DNA of 64,000 bases from Azolla caroliniana (Eukaryota > Plantae > Polypodiophyta). Within the stretch, counting starts at the first letter, position 1, and the number at the start of each line of letters is the position of its first letter. This document shows, in pieces, positions 21,547 to 32,200 of the stretch. Location of the stretch: assembly GCA_043228905.1 (NCBI GenBank), contig JBHGNT010000009.1, positions 7,192,001 through 7,256,000 on the forward strand, given 5' to 3'. The notes under the pieces are model-generated. The model was not told where the DNA came from. It saw nothing but the letters and a program-made list of their open reading frames with translations, and searched no databases. The translations under genes and the position numbers were made by a program.

Positions 21547-22705
21547 AATAGATGTTAAGGATCTATGTATCAATGGAGTAAGCTCCTCGATTTCGTGGCG
21601 GGATTCGGACCGGCGTATACCATCTTGATGGCGAATCGGGCGGAGATGGTTGTCGGATACCTCCGAGCCTCACACTCACTCAACGATTAGTAAATGATTA
21701 AGCACGATATCTCTCTCACTCTCTCAAGCTCTCTCTCATAAACAATAGATCAATAGTATAGACAATAAGAAGCAAGAGTATGTCTATTATTAACCCTCTT
21801 TGCTAAGAGTTCTAGCACCAACAAGGAGAGAGATTAGTGTTCTCTAACTCAACACTTCACTAATCTCTCTTAAGCTCAAAGGTTACAAGAAAGAGGGGAG
21901 GAAGCTCTAGCTCTAATCAATAGGAGATCTTTACAAATGGGAGAACCCCCACAAACCCACTACTATGTGGTTTATATAGCTTTCACGTTTAGGGTACGAG
22001 CCTTTCACATTTGGCCGTCTCTTTGCTTTCCTTTCCTCTTGCTGTTTCCTCTTCGTACTACGTTGTCGCGTTACTACGCGCGCGCGTGGAGAAACGAGGC
22101 GGGACCACCGGGGTCTTGAACCGAAGAGCAGGTGATAGGAGGGGAAAGAGAAAGAGAGAGACGACCAATTACGTATGAGCAAAGAAACACAGGGACACGG
22201 CCCGTCAACGCAAAAAACACGAATGGACACAGAGACAGAGAGACACGAATGTTTGTATATTAACGAATAACAAATACACAACAGAGCACGCGAGCAGTTA
22301 CAACCGAACAAGCCGGTGAACAGATGCTGATGCCTGTTCGTCTGCGCACAAAAGGGGATAGGATGGAGGTGCTTCCGGAAGCACACGGGCGTTCCTCGAA
22401 GCAGCGCGAGCCTCCCGAAAACCTGCAGAGAAGAGCAATAGAGAACAAACAGAGGAGAAGCGTTCGGTTACGGTCCAACAGCACTTCGTCCTCCTCAATG
22501 CGCGATGCCCTTCTCCCCGTGTCTCCCTCTCTTTTATAGCTTCAAGAAGGGAGCCGTCTCCCTCATTTACTTCCCACCTACCGAATCTAACTACCCAGGA
22601 TATACCTATGTACCTAATTCTCTATTATATACATTAAGGGGCGCGCACGCGTGAAGAGCCGGTTCACGCGCGATATGCACCGATTGCTCTAAGGGAAGGT
22701 TTTCT

Positions 22706-25700
22706 TCACGACATCCACCCCCACCTAACCGCGCATCCACCGGTATGCGCCAAAATTGTGTTCTGGTTGGAGAAAACCGGTCCGGGTTTCGGTTCCTCGT
22801 CCATCGGTTCGTCCTCCGTCTCGGACCGTTCGTCGTCGTTGTCCAGGCCTCTTAGATCCGGTTCGCCGTCGTGGCGCTTCTTGAACGCTTTGATCCGCTT
22901 CCCTGCTACCAGTATCGCCATCCTCGTATCGTCGAGTTCCACCAGGTGATACATCCCGTGGTCGTTGGCGCTCATTACCACGTAAGGCCCGAACCACCGC
23001 TTTGCAAACATCAGTGTTGCCCGGTGCTGGTTGTCGAGGCTGCTGTCGTAAACTAGCACCCAGTCGCCTTCCTCGATTTTCTTTGGTCGGAGCCAGTGCG
23101 TTCGGTTGAACCGGGCTTTGTTCTTCATCCTCGCCATCCGAAGTCTCTCCGCCACTCGTTCCATGTCCTCTCGCCTCCGCTCGAGCTGCCGTATACGCGC
23201 GGCTAGCAGTTCTTCCCGACTCATCTCGTCTCTCCAGTCTATTGTCGCCCAAGAGGAGATCGTCTGTTCCATCAGCATGATCGGTTTCTGGCCGAACATG
23301 AGCTCTGACGGCATGAACCCAGTTACCGAACTGTGCGTTGTCCGGTCCGCCCACAAGGCATAAAGTAACAGCCGTGGCCAGTTCCAGACTTGGCCTCCGC
23401 ATGCCCGGACTAGTGCTTTGACGATCGGTCCGTGTCCGCGCTCCACCTTCCCGTTCGCCTCCGGATTGTACGTTGTGGTGAGCGAGAGCTTCACCCCTAA
23501 CCGGTCAAACAGCTCCTCGGCCTCTTCGGCGTCCAACTCCCCGCGGTCAGCCACGATCTTCCCGACGCACCCGTACCGGTATATCACGTCCTCGATCAGG
23601 AACCGACACACGGCCGCGGTCGTTTTGTTCTGCAGGGCTCGGCCTTCCACCTGGTTCGTCAGGTCCTCCCGGGCCAGCACCAGATATCGCATCTGCCGTA
23701 CGCCCAGCGGCTTCGTCACCAAATCTACCATCCATTTGAAGTGGATGGCTGGAGGGTATGTAGGGTGAAGCTCGTCCCGATGTCGAACTATGGAGTGCAT
23801 CTGACAGCTCTCACAAGTTGTCACGAACCGATGCACGTCCCGGTATAGTCCCGACAACCAGTACTTCCCCTTCAGTTTCTCGAACGTGGCCCACGTCCCA
23901 CGGTGTCCAGCCCAGGGGCTGTCGTGGTAGGCCTTCAGCAACTCCTTCTGTTCCTCCTCCATAGCCACCACTCGGAGCGGGATGCCGTTTCTCTTCTTCG
24001 GGTGCTTCCATAAGTATCCGTCCCGGACAAAGAATCGGTATGCTTTCTTCCGGATCCGGTTGGCCTCGTTCTTTGTCCATGACGCGTCCAGCGTCATCGT
24101 CCTCAAGAATCCCCCAATCTGCAGCCACTCCCCGTTGTACTTGCTCTCGTCGAAATCGTTAAGCGCCGGAGTGCTCCCTCCCTCGGTTGTTATGTAACCC
24201 GCCTCGAAGAAGTCCACGCCGACTTCCTCGTCCTCCGAAACCATGCCGCCCTCGTCGTCGAATCGCGCCCTTGAAAGCATGTCGGCCATGGCATTGTCTT
24301 TCCCGGAAATGTGTCGTATTTCCGGATCCAGGGACTTGATGTACGCTATCCACCTGAGCATTGCCAGGTCCGGGGTTGCGCATCCAGAAACCATGCCGAG
24401 AATCGGCAGGCAGTCCATCTCGATAATCACCTCTGTCCCGATCAGATAGTCTTTATCGGCCTTCACTGCCGAAACAATACCCCAGAGTTCGCGTTTAACC
24501 TGGGCGTATCCTCGCTGTCGCTCACTGAGGACCTTCGCGCCGAACCGAATTGGGAACCGAATGTCGTCCTCATCTTCTTGGTTGACGACCCATCCGATCC
24601 CGGTCAGACTTGTATCTACCGTTATGTAGATGGGAGTACCTTTCTCGTAGACACCCTTCCGGAGTGCCGGAGTTGCAGCAAGAGCCTCCTTCATCTTTCG
24701 GACCGACTCCGTATGCTCGTCTCGCCACTCAAATTTTCGCCCCTTTTTCAGCAACCCATATAGCGGCTCGGCAACGTGGGCGTAGTGCGGGATCCATATG
24801 TGGTAGAATGCGCATGCTCCCAAGAACCTTCGTACCTCCGTGACCGAGTTACAGTCAAGCTTCATTGCGGATATGGCTTCCACCTTAGCCGGAGACGGTT
24901 TCCGGCCATACGGTCCGCATAGATATCCGACGACCATGATCTCTGATTGCCCGAAGGCCGATTTCTCCCCGGAGAAGGTGAGCCTCACGTCCTCTAGCCT
25001 CTGCAGCACCCTCTCGCAGTCGTCAATGTGTGTCGCCACGAATCTCCGGCATCCGTCCGGTCCGATCGTTTCGTCCTTTTCCATCACCGGACATCCCTTG
25101 ATCGGGATGTCGTCCAAGAATGGCATGGTCATGTCCGGGATACAATCCCTCAGCACGTTGTTCATCGCATTCGCCATGTGGGCCACCGAGTTCGTCCCTC
25201 CTTGTGGTAGGGTACACATCCGCACTAGGCCGAGAGGAGTCCACATCGTCGTAATGTCTCTGCTCTCTATAGCTAGTTGGAACTGATCGTACCCTGAGTA
25301 CAGATCACCGATCGAGTAGATCGACCTTCCGGCGAAGGCCTCCGCGAACTCGTCTATCATTGGTCCGATTCCTGCGTTCCGAATGGTCACTCCGTTGACC
25401 GGTTGCAGGTCTTGAATGAAGCGCAACGTCCCGTTCTTCTTTGGTACGGTAAACCACCGGTTCGAGTACGGGGCACTCGACGGTTCGAGGATGCCCATAT
25501 CGACTTTCTGCCTCAACAGCTCCATCAGCTCCGGGATGTGAGCTCTCGGTACCGGAATTGGTTTGAGATTCCACGGTACATGCGGTACCGTGAATATCAC
25601 CATCGGCTTCACGACTGTCGGGTCTACGCACCCGATCTCTTCCGGTGAGAATGCGAAGGCTTTCCCGTGCCTTCCGAGCATTCTCCGAAACCGGTCTTCT

Positions 25701-26293
25701 TCCGCCGGCAGTAGGAACCCGCCCCCACCGATTTTGAGCTCCCGTAGCGTTCTGTCGGTGAAGGTGTGTCCTATGCAGGCCCGATCTCGTAAACTGGGGT
25801 CCGACGCGACCCCCTTGATTCGCAACTCGCTGCCCTCCGGTAAGGGTGCCGCGACTGGCCTTACCTTCCGGTCCACAGTCTTGTACTTTGTGTTAACTCG
25901 GGCCGTCCAATCCGACTCGAGCCCTCGACTGAAGTCCGCGATGACTTCGTACATCTCTTCTGAACAAACCGGTATCGTCCGGTCCTCTTTAAGGCCCTCT
26001 CCGACCACCTCTCGCAGTATTCCCAAGGTATCGTCGAAGGAGACCGCCTCCACGGCTCCGTTGATTTCCTCGCTGGGCCCGAGAACTCCGCACGCCCGAA
26101 GTCGCTCTTCCGCCCTTGTCTTTTCTCAGCCTACGACGCCGACTATTGTACACCCTCCGTTGTCGGAGAACCAAAACTTCCTACTTATGGTACAAGGTTT
26201 CTTCGGTTTCGCCTCTATCGTACATTTGTGGGGTTTTCCCGGAGTGTCCGGTCTGTCGTGGCCCCACGCCTTGACAGCCCTCTCTAAAAATCC
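22706..26293 (-). CDS. GypII-a pol (RT, RNase H, integrase); 1115-aa open stretch, with one stop at 26126-26128 in the N-terminal spacer
   Basis: Motifs NRWFTVPKKNG, LPQGGTNS, PFLDD, KRELWG, HDSPWAGH..CESC, KWMVDLV, ADRGE, NGKVERGH, RWFGPY. Confidence 0.9.
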
Positions 26294-28410
26294 TCTCGGT
26301 TCTGGCCACCGAGGGACTCGCGGTTTCGCTCGTGGTTCGGTCGCACCGTCAGGAACTGGACCGTATGACGCCCGTCCTACCTCTTGACCCTCGCGTAAGC
26401 CGACCCATTGTCTAGCACCTTGGTCTCCATTCACGCTGCCGTAATGTACGGTTCTCCCAGTATGACCGGGTGCGAGGACGTCTCCTGCACAAAGAAGTGT
26501 TGGTCTATCTCGACGTCGCCGATCTTGACTCGAACGTTTGGGCAGGCCCCGTGTAGTTCCTCAGTGGCGCGCGTCGCCGCCTGTATCTTCCACATGTGCT
26601 TGGTGTTGATCGGCCATTTCCCCTTCTTGTAGAAGTCCATGGACATCAGGTTTACTTCCGAACCGTGGTCCACCAACGCCACCACCGGTTCCTGAACATC
26701 TCCGATCTTCACCGGGGTTTCCGTGGTCGCTCGGGCCCAGTGTGGCCTCGAATAGTGGCTCTCCGCCCACTTGTCTTCCAGCGCCATGTCCTCTATGTGC
26801 GTCATTCGCACCTCCACCGGCCTTTCCGGTTCTGCCTCCGTCAACAGCCTCTTCCTCTTCACCAAGTCTATGATGGAGTCGTGGAACTCCTTCTTGGCGA
26901 TTCCGAGCACCTCCCGCAACGACAGTTCCACCTTGTTGTCGAGGATTCGTTCTTTCAGGACCGTTCGTAGGTCCGTGGTCCTTTCGATCTCCGTGCCCAA
27001 ACGGTATCCGCCCTTCTTGTGGTTATCCCGGGCACAGGACTCACCGGCCTCGTTCCATTTCGGCCCGAATCGGGTTTCGTATCTTTGTGAGGGTCCGGCC
27101 CCTCCGGTTTTACCTACCCGTTTGTCTTCAACCAGAGCCTCGTAGTTTTGGCGAGCTGCTTCGACGAAACCCGTCTTTTCTTCGACCGGGTCACTCCACC
27201 CGGTTACCCCCTGGACCCGTTTCTCCGCGTGGTCCGCCTCGTCTTTCTTTAGTCGGGCACCGGCGAGGCCTTCCAGCACCGTCAGCCAGAACCCGGCTTT
27301 GCTCTCCTTCCGGGCCTCGCTGCCTCCGACCCGAATATCGGCTGACGCTGAGTAGTGGACGGTCTCCACGTGCCGGGCCGCCGACTCTTCCATCAGCCTT
27401 TTCATTCCTCCTCGCCCGTCGTTCTGGTTCAGGGCCCTCCGGGTATCGCTGGCGTGCACCCGACCTTCCCACAGGTACACTACCCGGTTTCTCAAAGCCT
27501 CCGTAAAGTCCCCACAGTCTTTCCGGATGTGGCCGACCTCGTCGCACCACATGCACCTATTTCCTGCCGGAGGCCGTCGGTCACGAGCCTGATCGTCGCC
27601 TTCCCTCCGAGCCTGGGCGATCTGGAGATCCTTTCCCACCCGTGTCAACTCCTCCAAAGTTGTCCCCCCGGACGAGCCTCTAACCACGCCAGTCGAAGCC
27701 GAACCGGTTTCGAGCCACTCCCGGGTCTCTTCCCGTCGCGCCTGCGGTATCGGTTCGAGATTCCTTGCTGCGACAGGACCCGCCCCGGTCGCCCGTGTAT
27801 CAGCCCACTCCCACCGTTTGTCAAAACGACCGCAGACTCTTTTTACCGCAGCCCAGTCGGCCGTCAGCCCGTCTTCGGTTTCTAGTAAGGAGCCCACTTG
27901 CTCCCGATCCCGTGCGTCAACCGATTTGACAAACAGTAGGACATGACTTGTGTCCAGAACGGTCTGATCGAGCGCCGAAAGGCGCGCAAAGCGATCCTCA
28001 AACTCCCGGAGGAGTGCCGACGCATTTCTTCCTTTGTCGGGGGACTCCACCCACTCCATGAAGCCTCGCTTCGAAAGTTGAAGCGCGTCATCCAGCCCGT
28101 ATTTCTCCTGGAGCCGTCCTTCAAACTCCTCCCAGGTCCGGCTCTCCGCCTGGACCTCGAGCACCTCCGCATGGATGCCCGGCATTGCCACTCGAGGGAA
28201 TCCGGCAAGACGCCTCTCTTCCGGAATATCCCTCATCAACATCTCCGCCGGGTAGGACGCCAAATAACTCGTGGCATCCTTTCCACTGAACCGGCCGATC
28301 ATACCGACGATCGCCTGAATAGCCCTGTCAAGGGCGTCGGTGCCCTCGCGCGCGCTTACTATCCGGTCCACGGCTGAAGCCATGGCCTCTGCAAGATCCG
28401 ACCCCCTCAT
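26284..28410 (-). pseudogene. GypII-a ORF1: Gag, CCHC knuckle, DUF4100-like region, aspartic protease; two late stops
   Basis: Motifs CMWCDEVGHIRKDC, ALVDHGSEVNLM, ILGEPY. Reading through TGA at 26431 and one TAG reaches the natural end ..EDF* at 26284-26286. Confidence 0.85.
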
Positions 28411-28432
28411 CTTCTGCTCCTCTGCCGCCTGT

Positions 28433-28450
28433 TTCACGTCGGGTTCACCA
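28433..28450 (-). promoter_or_regulatory. GypII PBS complementary to tRNA-Trp
   Basis: The plus strand reads TTCACGTCGGGTTCACCA, matching the plant cytosolic tRNA-Trp 3' end as I recall it. Identical at 54877-54894. Confidence 0.82.
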
Positions 28451-29225
28451 AATATGTCGTTTTACTACGCGCGCGCGTGGAGAAACGAGGCGGGACCACC
28501 GGGGTCTTGAACCGAAGAGCAGGTGAAAGGAGGGGAAAGAGAAAGAGAGAGACAACTAGTTACGTATGAGCAAAGAAACATAGGGACACGGCCCGTCAAC
28601 GCTGAAAACACGAATGGACACAGAGACAGAGAGACACGAATGTTTGTATATTAACAAATAACAAATACACAATAGAGCACGCGAGCGGTTACAACCGAAC
28701 AGGCCGGCGAACAGATGTCGATGCCTATTCGTCTATGCACGAAAGGGGATAGGATGGAGGTGCTGCCGGAAGCACACGGGCGTTCCTCGAAGCAGCGCGA
28801 GCCTCCCGAAAACCTGCAGAGAAGAGCAATAGAGAACAAACAGAGGAGAAGCGTTCGGTTACGGTCCGACAACACTTCATCCTCCTCAATGCGCGATGCC
28901 CTTCTCCCCGCGTCTCCCTCTCTTTTATAGCTTCAAGAAGGGAGCCGTCTCCCTCATTTACTTCCCACCTACCGAATCTAACTACCTAGGATATACCTAT
29001 GTACCTAATTCTCTATTATATACATTAAGGGGCGCGCACGCGTGAAGAGCCGGTTCACGCGCGATATGCACCGATTACTCTAAGGGACGGTTTTCTTCAT
29101 GACAACGTCCTTGTTGATGCGTTCTTATTCGTGATTGGTTGTGTTGTTATCCCAACGCTTAACAATTATTATTATCGTTTCTCTCTCATATACATGTGTT
29201 TGTGTGTGTATGTGTTCGAGAAGGG

Positions 29226-32200
29226 TGTTGGGAGAAAGGTCCCTCCGGATGGGAAGGGAGAAGAATAGTGCCGACGAACTCCGGATGGAAACGGTATGAG
29301 GAGTACCCAGCTACGGAGAGCCGGATGATACAGGCCCGGTGTGAACCGGATGAGGAGTACTCGGCTACGGAGAGCCGGATGGTGCAGGCCCGGTGTGAAC
29401 CAGATGAGGAATACCCGGCTACGGAGAGCCGGATGGTGCAGACCTAGTATGAACCGGAGGAAGAGACATATTCGTAAATATGTTTCTGAGAGCCCATTGT
29501 GGCTATATTTGTAAATAGCCGAAAAGTCATATTAGTATAAATATGACTTAGGGCAAACTAATATATGTTGTTGTTACTTTCCTTGTTTGTGCAAGAAGAA
29601 GAGAGAGCACGTAATAGTGTACAGAGAGAGAGAGAGAGAAAGAGGTCGTTGCCTCTGTTGTAACCGCCGCGTGTGGCGAAGATCTATGAGCACGAGGTCG
29701 TTGCCTCAGTGAACTCACTGTTGTACATTCTCACATAGTGACAGTTTGCAGCCTGTGGGCTGCCGTGGTTTTTTCCCTTGTTGGGTTTTCAACGTAAACC
29801 TCCTGTGTATCTTCCTCTCCTTTGTGTCGTGTTTTATTTCCCGTTTTCTGTGTATCATTCTACGCTCGGTTGTGGCCGAGCGTCGCGCATAAGGAACGTT
29901 GGGTTCCCGACAAGTGGTATCAGAGCGAAATCGACACAGAAAATGGACAAATCGTTCGGCGGCATGTTCAAGCTCACCAGCTCCAACTATTCAGTGTGGA
30001 AGTCGAAGATGAGGGACATGCTCGTTGTTAAAGACCTCTGGCTGCCGGTTCAGTTCGGGGACAAGAGACCGGACAAAATCGACGCCGCGATATGGGAGGT
30101 GATGCACATGAAGACAACGGCGTACATACGGTGCTTCATCGACATGAGCCTATACAACAACTTCAATGAAGAGAGCAAGGCTCATGAGCTCTGGGAGAAG
30201 ATCGACATAATGTTCCAGAACAAAAATGTTGTCAATCAGGTGTCGGTATTCCGGAAGCTAGTAAGACTCCGGTACCAAGATGGCTCCAGCATGGCGGAGC
30301 ACATGAATGCCTTCCAGGGGCTGATCCACCAGGCAACGTCATTGGAAGTACCTCTTGCCGACGAGGTACTAGCGCTACTCCTGCTCGGTTCCCTCCCGGA
30401 TAGCTGGGAGACGTTGGTTGTCACTTTGGGCAACGCCGGGCCGGAAGGAAAGCGATTATCCCTAGCAAGAGTAAAGTCGAGCTTGCTAGATGAGGAGGCG
30501 CGTCGGAAGGATAAAGATACGAGCTCCGACTCCAAAGCGCTCCTTACCGAATCGGAACGCAGAAGACATAGAAACCATAGTCCCCAGAACCGGGAGAAGT
30601 CGGGGACACGGTCAAAGTGAAGGGGGAGGCCCACTTGCTTCTATTGCGGCAAGCCGGGTCACTTCCAAAAGAACTGTCGGCATTTCCGTAAAGACAAGGA
30701 AACCGACGGTACCAATTCGAAGCAAACCCCGGACCGGAACGGTAAAGACCGAAGGGGGCCGGACCGGAAGGGAACGACGGCAATCGCGGCAAGTGAAGAA
30801 GAGTTGATGCTCATCACTGAGGAGAGTGAGATAAACCTTGCCGGCGACGAGATGACCTGGGTGGTAGACTCCGGAGCATCGTTCCACCTTACCCCGGACC
30901 GGAAATGCTTCGCATCCTACTCAGCCGGTGACCACGGCTGTGTCCGGATGGGGAATGAAGGTACATGCCGAATTGTCGGCATAGGAGACGTGTGGCTGAC
31001 AACACCAACCGGATGCAAGTTGCTGCTGAAGGATGTCCGACACGTTCCGGAAATTCGTCTGAACCTGATATCAGCCGGTCGGCTAGATGATGAAGGTTAC
31101 ACGGGTAGCATCCGAAACGGTGTCATGAAGTTCAGCAAAGGGAGCCTGATTGTGGCTCGGGCACGGAAGATAAACACGTTGTACCTGATGAATGCCCGGT
31201 TATGTCCGGAAGAAGTGAACGTGGCATCCGACACTGCCGGTGAGTTGTGGCACAAGAGGCTGTGTCATATGCGCGAGAAGGGGATGAAGAGGTTTGCAGA
31301 TGACAACCTCATTCCAGTGAAGAATGTGCACTTGGAGAAGTGCACTGATTGTCTGGCAGGTAAGCAGAACCGGACCTCCTTCCGACCAAGGCCACCGATG
31401 AGACGTAATGCACCACTGGAGCTGGTGCATACGGATGTGTGTCAAGTAGACACGAAGTCACATGCCGGAGCGCAGTACTTCGTGACGTTCATAGATGACC
31501 ACACCCAGAAGCTGTGGGCCACACCACTGAAGAAGAAGGACCAGGTGCTATCCGTCTTCAAAGAGCTCCACGCGAGAGTGGAAAGAGAAATCGGTCGGAA
31601 GCTGAATGCAGTTCGAGCAGACAACGGAGGAGAATACCGGGGGCAGTTCGAGCAGTATTGCCGCTCGAAGGGAATCCGGCTCGAATTTACCGTGCCGAAG
31701 ACGCCGGAACTAAACGGACTGGCCGAGAGGATGAACCGGGCCATAATGGAGAGGGTCCGGAGTATGCTAGCGCATGCAAAACTACCAAAGAAGTTTTGGG
31801 CTGAGGCACTGTCGACGGCGACGTACGTGATAAATAGATCACCCTCAGTACCCTTGGACGGAGACACGCCACAGAGAGTGTGGACCGGTAAGGAAGTATC
31901 CTACCGGCATCTGAAGGTGTTCGGGTTTCTCGCATACGTGCATGTAGCTAAGGTTCGGAGAGGAAAGCTAGATCCAAAGACCCGGCCATGCATATTCCTC
32001 AAGTACGGTGACGATGAGTTCAGCTACCGAGTGTGGGACCCGGTCGACAAGAAGGTATTCCGGAGTCGAGATATTATCTTCATGGAGAACAAGATGCTCG
32101 CCGACTGGGATTCGGAGAAGAAGATAATGAACTCCGAGTCGACTGGTGAGGATCGACTCTACGATGAGCAGACCCAACCGGCAAGAGACCAATTAGCACT

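Larger units (their letters stand above)
22064..29104 (-). mobile_element. GypII-a: full-length atypical Ty3/gypsy element without a chromodomain
   Basis: 650-bp LTRs at 22064-22713 and 28455-29104. 4-bp TSD ACGT at 22060-22063 and 29105-29108. PBS at 28433-28450. PPT GGTGGGGGTGGA at 22714-22725. Confidence 0.96.
3372..29164 (-). mobile_element. GypI: large decayed Athila/OTA-like Ty3/gypsy element, interrupted by CopB and GypII-a and cut off by CopA
   Basis: Split 5' LTR (21553-22063 plus 29109-29164) with TGTTAAG..CTTAACA termini. tRNA-Asp-type PBS. gag-PR-RT-RH-INT order. Downstream accessory ORF. Confidence 0.88.
21553..29164 (-). repeat. GypI 5' LTR (~567 bp: 21553-22063 plus 29109-29164), split by GypII-a
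   Basis: 7-bp terminal inverted repeat TGTTAAG (21553) / CTTAACA (29158-29164); adjacent to the PBS. Confidence 0.78.

Noticed and set aside
22706-22900. Possible chromodomain at the GypII integrase C-terminus
   Set aside because: Only an acidic low-complexity tail is present; no chromodomain aromatic pattern.
28433-28450. tRNA gene fragment
   Set aside because: Only the 18-nt 3' end is present, next to an LTR, so it is a PBS and not a tRNA gene.
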